Shown here: positions 1 through 34,329 of the stretch, in pieces | Layout: the number at the start of each line of letters is the position of its first letter | Position numbering within the stretch: the first letter of the stretch is position 1 | From: the human T2T-CHM13v2.0 reference genome, Homo sapiens | Strand: one strand, 5' to 3' | NCBI RefSeq assembly: GCF_009914755.1 | Contig: NC_060941.1 | Length of the DNA stretch: 64,000 nt | Program-made: the position numbers and the translations under genes | The notes under the pieces: generated by a model | What the model saw: only the letters and a program-made list of their open reading frames with translations | What the model was told of the DNA's origin: nothing | Databases searched by the model: none

Positions 1-332
<332 letters not shown>

Positions 333-685
333 TCAATGTGAACACTCTAAGACATCCTCATGTGGTGCCTGAGAACTTCGCAATGCTCAAAACAAAGTGT
401 ATGTAATAACTTCCTTAAATTCCCCAAAAGTCTTAACTCTGAGTTTAAATTTAAGTACAGAAATTTCCACTCAATTAAAAGAAAAGTGAAAAAATCCACT
501 ATCTGCTAAAAGCGACTGTCTTCAAGCCTAGCACTTTTACTGTAACACACATGTACCTTCTAAATGAAACAATTTTTCCCAAAATCAAAGCGAAAAAGTT
601 ATTTTCATGGTATCATACTCAATTATCAAGCCTTCACTGATTCAATGATTACCTTCTATTTATTTTGTTCCACACATAATTCTTT

Positions 686-1290
<605 letters not shown>

Positions 1291-1313
1291 TATGAAATTC
1301 CTAAACCTAGATC

Positions 1314-1498
1314 ACCAATTCCCAACCAGGGGTGATTTTGTGCCCCAGGGGACATGGTTGTAACAACTAAGGAGATACTACTAGCAACTAATGAAGAGGC
1401 CAGGGATGCTATTAAACATAATAGAATGCACCAGGCCACCCGGGAGCAAAGAATTTTCCAATCCAAATTGTCATTAGTACCAAGTTTAAGAGACCCTG
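1314..1498 (+). mobile_element. MER20 (hAT-Charlie DNA transposon)
   Basis: ccaggggtgattttgtgccccaggggacat...gaggccagggatgct...aaattgtcattagt...gagaccctg follows the MER20 consensus as I recall it. Confidence 0.8.
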
Positions 1499-1554
1499 GG
1501 ATATCTTTCTGTTGGGAATCTGAATCAAAATAAGAAAAAAAAAATTAAAACTTA

Positions 1555-2918
<1,364 letters not shown>

Positions 2919-3075
2919 TCAATTCAGGACGTGATTAAGTATAGACTCTTAAAAATCTTTGCCCAAGAAAATAAACTTGTTCCTGAGGAGAATAACTTCT
3001 GACCAGTCTTAAAAGCCAGCTGTAAAGAACAGCACTGTCTGTCAATATCAAGGAATATAAATCGTATTTGCTCAC

Positions 3076-3104
3076 CTTAGCTGCTGTACAAGCTCCGGAC
3101 AGCT
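3076..3104 (-). CDS. MED1: MED1 coding exon 6 (SCPELVQQLR, 29 nt); the gene continues beyond the left edge
   Basis: Acceptor ttttctttgatttcag| and donor |gtgagc; the translation continues the MED1 sequence. Confidence 0.94.
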
Positions 3105-3526
3105 CTGAAATCAAAGAAAATTATGTTAAAACATTAAAACTACTTTAGCAACTTTGAAGATATCAAAAGCCTTTCTCTTTTTCTATAGCACATGTTTTAC
3201 AACAAAACCATTAAAACTACAGATGGTCCTCATATTAAAATATTAAAAAGCATCTTCTTCCTACTTGGTGAACCACAGGATTAGGGTGAGAAATTTAAAG
3301 TCAAAGCATATGAAATAGTTTTTAAAAGAATCTACTTTCAGTAGCTTGTTTAAAACATTAGGAACTCTAATGCCATACATGGAATTCATATCAAATTATC
3401 TGGTTACACAGATTTTACATTCATCTCTATTACATAATTTTTCAGATCATCTGTTCTTGATTATAATCTCTTTGAAGGTAGTAACCCTGAGTCATTTATT
3501 TCTGTATCCCCAGCACCTATTGTTCA

Positions 3527-4072
<546 letters not shown>

Positions 4073-4296
4073 CTATGGTGTTTCCACTTGTCAAAGCCTT
4101 TGGATGATGTCAGAGATGGGACCCATATTTTCTAAATCCCATTCTATAGCTGTTGATTTTGTAGCCCATCACATCATCTCTACAGTGGCTCATGGAAAAA
4201 CCTAAACCCAAGCTATTTAAACCCCAACAATTAATTTTAAAATTAATGTCCCTAAGTAAACCCCACAGATTCCAGTGAAATATCAACAACACATAC

Positions 4297-4429
4297 CACA
4301 GGATTCTCCCCATGGTGAGCCACTTTTACATCACAAAGCTGTCCTGCAGGATCTAACTGCACTTCCACATAGAACATATCTGACGTGATGTAACATTCAG
4401 TGCCACTGGCACTGAGATGAGAGCCCAGT
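4297..4429 (-). CDS. MED1: MED1 coding exon 5 (LGSHLSASGTECYITSDMFYVEVQLDPAGQLCDVKVAHHGENPV, 133 nt)
   Basis: Acceptor cctgctag| and donor |gtatgt. It follows a 104-nt intron; cumulative CDS is 399 nt. Confidence 0.96.
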
Positions 4430-4533
4430 CTAGCAGGAACAAATCAAAACAAAAATTAATAGAAGACACATAAATAAAGCCACCCAAAGTTAACACTAAG
4501 TTAAACATTTCTGCCTACAGAAAGACTACTTAC

Positions 4534-4588
4534 CCATTCTGTCTTGCTATGGACTCCAAACGATCAGTCATTGCTGGTAAAGATGTTA
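4534..4588 (-). CDS. MED1: MED1 coding exon 4 (VTSLPAMTDRLESIARQNG, 55 nt)
   Basis: Acceptor ccttttatag| and donor |gtaagt; frame continuous. Confidence 0.96.
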
Positions 4589-4937
4589 CTATAAAAGGAT
4601 GAAAAAAGGAGTCACAAAGAATGCTCCAAATGACTTAAATGATATTCTTTTAAGACAGAAAGATTCATCCTTCCAAAACCGTAAACATATTCAGTAGTTC
4701 AAATGCTTGTAATTTACATAAAGTTCACTGATTAGGGTTAGCTGTGGCCTATGCAGTACTAAAGGTCAAAAAAAAAAGATCTATTTGAAAAATTACCGAA
4801 CCTTTCTCCTCTCCTGTTTTCATTACTCCTTATGTGGGACAAGCTGCCTTTAACTTAAGACACATTTATCTGCTAATGATAGAATAAGGAAGATTAACAT
4901 TAAAACTAACATTAAAAAAAACTCAACATTAACAACA

Positions 4938-5392
4938 CCATTAATCACAACAGTCAAAAGGTTAAAACAATCCAAGTGTCCACTAGCAGATGAATGGATA
5001 AATGAAATGTATATACATAAAGAGGAGTATTTTTCAACCTTAAAAAAGAAAGAAATTCTAATAAATGCTTCAAAATAGATGAACCTTGAAGACATTACGT
5101 TTAGTGAAATAAGCCAGTCACAAAAGGACAAATATATGATTCCACTTATATCAGGTATACAGAGTAGTCAAATTCATAAAGACAGGAAGCAGAATGGTGG
5201 CTGCCAGGGACTGGGGGAAGGCGGGAATGGGACATTACAGAATGTAAGCTTGGGAAGATGAGTGAAGTTTTACAGATGGACAGTGGTGATGATTATACAA
5301 TAATATGAATGTACTTAACGCTACTGAACTATACACTTAGAAACAAAGAAAATGGTAAATTTTGTTACCTATATTTTACCACAATTAAAACA
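4938..5392 (+). mobile_element. Old L1 3' end (L1MB-like)
   Basis: gatgaatggataaa, gaaccttgaagacattacgtttagtgaaataagccagtcacaaaagg, and a terminal attttaccacaattaaaa. Confidence 0.8.
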
Positions 5393-5400
5393 GAAAAAAA

Positions 5401-7211
<1,811 letters not shown>

Positions 7212-7461
7212 TCCCCAGGTATCTTATATTACCCTTCATCATTTATCTTTTAAATCTCTATCAGCCTCCAAAACAGGATCAAAAATAAATGTTTCAAACT
7301 TTAGCAAAAAGATCATTCCAACTCCATAAATGAATGCAAGAGCAATATCTAATACATAAAGTTGACCTACCTCAATTTTTTACTTCTAGTTTAAGTATAA
7401 AATGGTCCTTCTTGAACTGGGGGTTTTGTGAAATCAGCATATTTCAAAAGTGTTCACAAAC

Positions 7462-7540
7462 CTTTGAGAGCCTTCTGCAATGTCTCCAAACAGCTGACCA
7501 AATGTTGATGCCCTCCAGAACTCATCACAACCCTCTTCTC
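7462..7540 (-). CDS. MED1: MED1 coding exon 3 (EKRVVMSSGGHQHLVSCLETLQKALK, 79 nt)
   Basis: Acceptor acacag| and donor AAG|gtttgt. The frame is continuous with exons 2 and 4. Confidence 0.95.
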
Positions 7541-7767
7541 CTGTGTCAAGTGGGAAAACATTTGAGGTGAAAATTAACCAGGCCAACAGTGTTTTAGGTA
7601 AACATACACATTATCCTAGTAGTAATATTGCAGGACAGTCTATAGACTCAATATAGTCTATAGATTTTGTAGACTATATAGAGTAACACTGGTCTACAAG
7701 TGTTACTCTGTCCATCCATGCAAAGGAAGAAAAATCCATATATATGAGTGTAGAAAAAGGTATTCCT

Positions 7768-10862
<3,095 letters not shown>

Positions 10863-10887
10863 GAATGAATCAAAAATTCTACTAGTA

Positions 10888-11568
<681 letters not shown>

Positions 11569-11718
11569 TAGTATAGATACAATAGACTCCTAAAGTTGAA
11601 ACCACCATGTATTCAGATGTTTTATGAAGATAGTATGAACACATCTACATGGGGAGCTTAGCGTATTAAGAATAATTATCTAAGCAAAACACTTTACCCA
11701 CTTCACCACAATCCTTAC

Positions 11719-11825
11719 CATGACTTGACGCACAAGCTTAATGGTTTCACTCCAGGGTCTATTTTGGTTAAATTTTGCATGGAGCCGTTCCAGGAGAGAA
11801 CTCATCTTACTCAGCTTTTCTGACT
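11719..11825 (-). CDS. MED1: MED1 coding exon 2 (ESEKLSKMSSLLERLHAKFNQNRPWSETIKLVRQVM, 107 nt)
   Basis: Acceptor tcatag| and donor |gtaagg. Cumulative CDS is 132 nt (44 codons) and the translation matches MED1. Confidence 0.96.
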
Positions 11826-12056
11826 CTATGATTTAAATCAGAAAACGTTATCAGTAACTGTTCTATCAAGACCATCCACAGTTTTCCTTGCAAAATAAAT
11901 TCCCACACTTCATCACAGTAAGAATTCAGTTAAAATATTTTCCAAAATCATTTTACTTCAAAACATCCAAAGAAGACATTTTTAATGGCAAGATGACACA
12001 CAAGTTATGGGTCTGATGTAAGGAATACCATACCACTGGACTGTTATCTATCCACC

Positions 12057-14199
<2,143 letters not shown>

Positions 14200-14224
14200 T
14201 GAGAAACCTGCTGATAAATATCTG

Positions 14225-14400
14225 TACTTCGATGCTCCAACACTTTTTGAGCGACTATTACGTGCCAGAAACTATACAAAAATAATCAGGCAAGGACTCT
14301 AATCTGCAAAGCTCAGAGGAAACTGGAGAAGATAAACAATAACACAGTTCACTGTATCAACAGAACTATGCCCAAAATGCTAAGGCAGCATCTTAGCCGG
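14225..14400. mobile_element. Degraded L2 fragment
   Basis: caacactttttgagcgactattacgtgccag resembles the antisense L2 3' end; weak match. Confidence 0.4.
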
Positions 14401-14944
14401 AGTGTGGAACTTTAGAAAATCTTAGTAAAGTTCCACAGAAAAGTTGTTTTTCTGCAGTTCGTAGTTCGGTCAATAAAAGAACGAAATTCAGCGCACTTTA
14501 AAAATACACAATGGCACAGGATCTGAACACTTGACATTGTAGAGAACTGCTGGCTGCTAATAAATATAAGGACCTAATCATTTCATTGATGCCAAAATAG
14601 TCTCCAGTACGTTTACACACAGCCCTAAATTTATTCAGGCGTCTCTTCTGGAACGAGATGTAAGCTGATTTTGTATTCATTTGCCCCGTCTCCCACCACT
14701 TTAGGCCAAAAGTGCCCTAGTCGAGCATGAAATCTTCACAGAAGTTGAGAGTCCCCATCGCCCTAAAGTCGAAGCTCTATAATCACCAAGGAGGGTATAG
14801 TGACAATCTAAAACTAATACACATTCCCTCTCCTGGACTCTATGCCCCTAAAGTGGCCCCCATGGGACATCTGCAAGAACCTCCTCTCACAAACTGGCTC
14901 CCCCAGTTGTGTCCCGCCCCCTCCTTTCCCCTACAGTCACTTAC

Positions 14945-14969
14945 CCTCGGTTTCCCCCTGAGCTTTCAT
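14945..14969 (-). CDS. MED1: MED1 coding exon 1 (MKAQGETE, 25 nt)
   Basis: The reverse complement reads ATG AAA GCT CAG GGG GAA ACC GAG G followed by donor gtaagt. This matches the known MED1 N-terminus and its phase fits exon 2. Confidence 0.96.
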
Positions 14970-15098
14970 CCTGAAGGCGAGGAGAAGCTAGATCCGCCAC
15001 AAAAGGATAAGCCCTTCCCCACCACTAACGGAGGAAACAAGTTGGCTCGGGATCCCGGGACGCAGGGCACCAGCAGTCCCTACTCTTCCCGGGAAGGA

Positions 15099-15152
15099 TC
15101 AATCTGAAGTCCCCGGCGGCAAGAAGAGAAGGGTGCTCGAGGCCGCCGCCAT
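15099..15152 (-). other. uORF in the MED1 5'UTR (MAAASSTLLFLPPGTSD*)
   Basis: aagATGG in strong Kozak context, 17 codons, then TGA about 130 nt before the main ATG. It requires a TSS upstream of 15152. Confidence 0.55.
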
Positions 15153-15437
15153 CTTCCCCAACGGAACTTCCCAAAATTCGCGAGATAAACCGTGGTCCTG
15201 CCAGAGAGAGGAAGAGGACAGGGCATCGAAATCTCGCGAATATTGGTCAATGCGTCGGCCTCGCGAGATTTCTTTCAGCGCAGTCTTCCCTTTGATCTGA
15301 GCTGTCTCAGGCCTCGCGCCGCTGGATATTAAACCTGCCGGCCGGTAGCTTTCGGCTCCCCTGCGGAAACCGCCATTTTTTTTTTATTTTAGCAGTTAAA
15401 CAGCTCGCAAATTAAAATCTCCAGATCCCTGTACTGA

Positions 15438-25068
<9,631 letters not shown>

Positions 25069-25199
25069 GTCATCCTGGTAGTTAAAAGATTTGTTAAAAA
25101 GGATGTTGAAATTATTTTGTCACGGAGCCTGGGAGTGTTTGTTTAATCAGTTACCGATAAAGTTTTGGTTAAAAAAAAAAAACTCGGTTTGTTCCGTTT

Positions 25200-25977
25200 C
25201 AATAAAGCTTTGCTCAAACGGGGAGCTCCGGGAGCTCATCGCGAGACTCAGGTGAAACGCGTTTCTAGTTTGGGACCTGATCTCGCGTTGTTTGATAAGC
25301 AGGGGAATGAGGTGAAAGCGAAGCACGAAACATCGCGAGAGGCTACTGGACTCTCGCGACGATTTCTGGGATTGCCCCTCCCCCCTTCCCCAAGTGCCGT
25401 TTCGGTTTAATCTAGTGTGTGACTGGGTCTGTGTGAGGGAGAGAGTGTGTGTGGTGTGGAGGTGAAACGGAGGCAAGAAAGGGGGCTACCTCAGGAGCGA
25501 GGGACAAAGGGGGCGTGAGGCACCTAGGCCGCGGCACCCCGGCGACAGGAAGCCGTCCTGAACCGGGCTACCGGGTAGGGGAAGGGCCCGCGTAGTCCTC
25601 GCAGGGCCCCAGAGCTGGAGTCGGCTCCACAGCCCCGGGCCGTCGGCTTCTCACTTCCTGGACCTCCCCGGCGCCCGGGCCTGAGGACTGGCTCGGCGGA
25701 GGGAGAAGAGGAAACAGACTTGAGCAGCTCCCCGTTGTCTCGCAACTCCACTGCCGAGGAACTCTCATTTCTTCCCTCGCTCCTTCACCCCCCACCTCAT
25801 GTAGAAGGGTGCTGAGGCGTCGGGAGGGAGGAGGAGCCTGGGCTACCGTCCCTGCCCTCCCCACCCCCTTCCCGGGGCGCTTTGGTGGGCGTGGAGTTGG
25901 GGTTGGGGGGGTGGGTGGGGGTTGCTTTTTGGAGTGCTGGGGAACTTTTTTCCCTTCTTCAGGTCAGGGGAAAGGGA
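25200..25977 (+). promoter_or_regulatory. CDK12: CDK12 CpG-island promoter and 5'UTR of exon 1
   Basis: GC/CpG-rich and repeat-free, directly upstream of the CDK12 ATG. CGCG-type motifs at 25237-25246, 25281-25290, 25331-25340 and 25352-25361. Confidence 0.85.
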
Positions 25978-27023
25978 ATGCCCAATTCAGAGAGACATGG
26001 GGGCAAGAAGGACGGGAGTGGAGGAGCTTCTGGAACTTTGCAGCCGTCATCGGGAGGCGGCAGCTCTAACAGCAGAGAGCGTCACCGCTTGGTATCGAAG
26101 CACAAGCGGCATAAGTCCAAACACTCCAAAGACATGGGGTTGGTGACCCCCGAAGCAGCATCCCTGGGCACAGTTATCAAACCTTTGGTGGAGTATGATG
26201 ATATCAGCTCTGATTCCGACACCTTCTCCGATGACATGGCCTTCAAACTAGACCGAAGGGAGAACGACGAACGTCGTGGATCAGATCGGAGCGACCGCCT
26301 GCACAAACATCGTCACCACCAGCACAGGCGTTCCCGGGACTTACTAAAAGCTAAACAGACCGAAAAAGAAAAAAGCCAAGAAGTCTCCAGCAAGTCGGGA
26401 TCGATGAAGGACCGGATATCGGGAAGTTCAAAGCGTTCGAATGAGGAGACTGATGACTATGGGAAGGCGCAGGTAGCCAAAAGCAGCAGCAAGGAATCCA
26501 GGTCATCCAAGCTCCACAAGGAGAAGACCAGGAAAGAACGGGAGCTGAAGTCTGGGCACAAAGACCGGAGTAAAAGTCATCGAAAAAGGGAAACACCCAA
26601 AAGTTACAAAACAGTGGACAGCCCAAAACGGAGATCCAGGAGCCCCCACAGGAAGTGGTCTGACAGCTCCAAACAAGATGATAGCCCCTCGGGAGCTTCT
26701 TATGGCCAAGATTATGACCTTAGTCCCTCACGATCTCATACCTCGAGCAATTATGACTCCTACAAGAAAAGTCCTGGAAGTACCTCGAGAAGGCAGTCGG
26801 TCAGTCCCCCTTACAAGGAGCCTTCGGCCTACCAGTCCAGCACCCGGTCACCGAGCCCCTACAGTAGGCGACAGAGATCTGTCAGTCCCTATAGCAGGAG
26901 ACGGTCGTCCAGCTACGAAAGAAGTGGCTCTTACAGCGGGCGATCGCCCAGTCCCTATGGTCGAAGGCGGTCCAGCAGCCCTTTCCTGAGCAAGCGGTCT
27001 CTGAGTCGGAGTCCACTCCCCAG
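25978..27023 (+). CDS. CDK12: CDK12 coding exon 1 (c.1-1046; N-terminus and RS-rich region)
   Basis: ORF MPNSERHGGKKDGSGG...SRSPLP is the CDK12 N-terminus; donor CAG|gtgagc. Confidence 0.97.
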
Positions 27024-27857
27024 GTGAGCTATTTGTCTAACAGTCCTTCCTCATTTAGGGTGGGTTGCGAGGAATTGGCATTCAGCGTGTTAACATTGTC
27101 TGGAAGCCCGCAGTGTTCATCATTGACTAGAACACTTTGCTGTTGGCTAGTCATTCCAGTGTGTGAATCTGTCTCCCCTTAACCCAGAATTCGAGAAGTG
27201 AAGAGTACATAGGCCTCAAACCGCCAAAGGTAGGTACTTCCAGTGGTGGGGTCTTCAGTTGTAAGCTTCTGAGTGAGAAACGTCAAAGGCTTCTGCTTAG
27301 TGAGTGGATGGAGTTGATACTAGTTCCCAGAGCATGTCTAGCTATTTCTGTTGCTTAGTTTTATATTTTTAAAAATCACATTGGTATTTGTGCTTTAGAC
27401 TCTATGGGACCTGGTTGAAGACTTAAGAAATTGGTATGGAAGTTACTTGCCTAGTTTATCCTATTTGTGTTGTCCACTGAATCCCCAAACCTGTACATTT
27501 ATTCATTTCCTACTTGGCACTGTTTTAATTATTTACAAAAGATTCCTGTCTTTTAACTGATGTTTTAGTGGAAATTCAGCTGATTAGTCTGTTACCCTTT
27601 TAATGGTATAACCTAGCAGAAATTGGTTCCAAGGACAATTTGGTTTTCTTTACAGCATCATCACTGACCTACCTTGTGACCGCTGACAATTTTCAAAATC
27701 TTTCTCTAAAACACATAGTAATAATGCCTTCTTTATATTTTTGCGAGAAAGGCATGCTAGTTTGAAATTTTGTTGTTAGAGTGAATTATTTGGAAAACTG
27801 TGTTCTTGTTCCTAGGTAATGAGATGTATCTCCTTTGTGGCCTCACTTCTGTTCACA

Positions 27858-28066
27858 AAAACAGAATGTGGGCTTTAGTTAGACCTTTGTGGAATCCTAA
27901 TGTTGCTTTGTGACCTTTAGCAAATGAGTTAATTTCTCCTTGCCTGAGTTGCTTCAGGTGTAAAATGGGAATAATAAATACCTACTTTTAAGGGTTGTGG
28001 TGATTAAATTAGTCAATTTGAAGTGCATAGCACAGTGCCTTGTACATAATATCACTCAGTAAATTA
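27858..28066 (+). mobile_element. MIR element
   Basis: tgtgaccttt...tgtaaaatgggaataata...gggttgtggtgattaaat...gcacagtgcct...ctcagtaaat. Confidence 0.75.
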
Positions 28067-28129
28067 TGAGTGAGGATGTTGAACACTGGTAGAGAAATTG
28101 TGCTAATTTGAAAAAAATTCATGCATGAC

Positions 28130-34319
<6,190 letters not shown>

Positions 34320-34329
34320 AGTTTAATCT

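Larger units (their letters stand above)
14940..15410 (-). promoter_or_regulatory. MED1: MED1 CpG-rich promoter and 5'UTR; TSS inferred at about 15160-15190
   Basis: CpG-dense and Alu-free. TCGCGA-core motifs at 15176-15185, 15232-15241 and 15259-15268; YY1-type (A/G)ATGGCGG at about 15145-15155 and 15370-15379; ATTGG (CCAAT) at 15242-15246. Confidence 0.85.

Noticed and set aside
14498-15107. ORFs 14727-15107 (+) and 14498-14680 (-) near MED1 exon 1
   Set aside because: No recognisable homology or coding signature; lengths are compatible with chance.
25882-25977. In-frame N-terminal extension of CDK12 from TTG/GTG codons
   Set aside because: The frame is open only back to TGA at 25813, as expected in a G-rich UTR, and the known protein starts at ATG 25978. 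No support without Ribo-seq.
26082-26989. Antisense and alternate-frame ORFs overlapping CDK12 exon 1 (likewise 34871-35559 in exon 2)
   Set aside because: Shadows of the real CDS codon bias; no independent evidence.
27175-27198. CCTTAAC as a U12-type branch point
   Set aside because: No U12 donor (RTATCCT) upstream in exon 1 or intron 1, and the nearest AG is too close.
27798-27822. Recursive splice site-like ttcttgttcctag|gtaatg
   Set aside because: The donor half is imperfect and the intron is only about 7.8 kb; plausible by chance.
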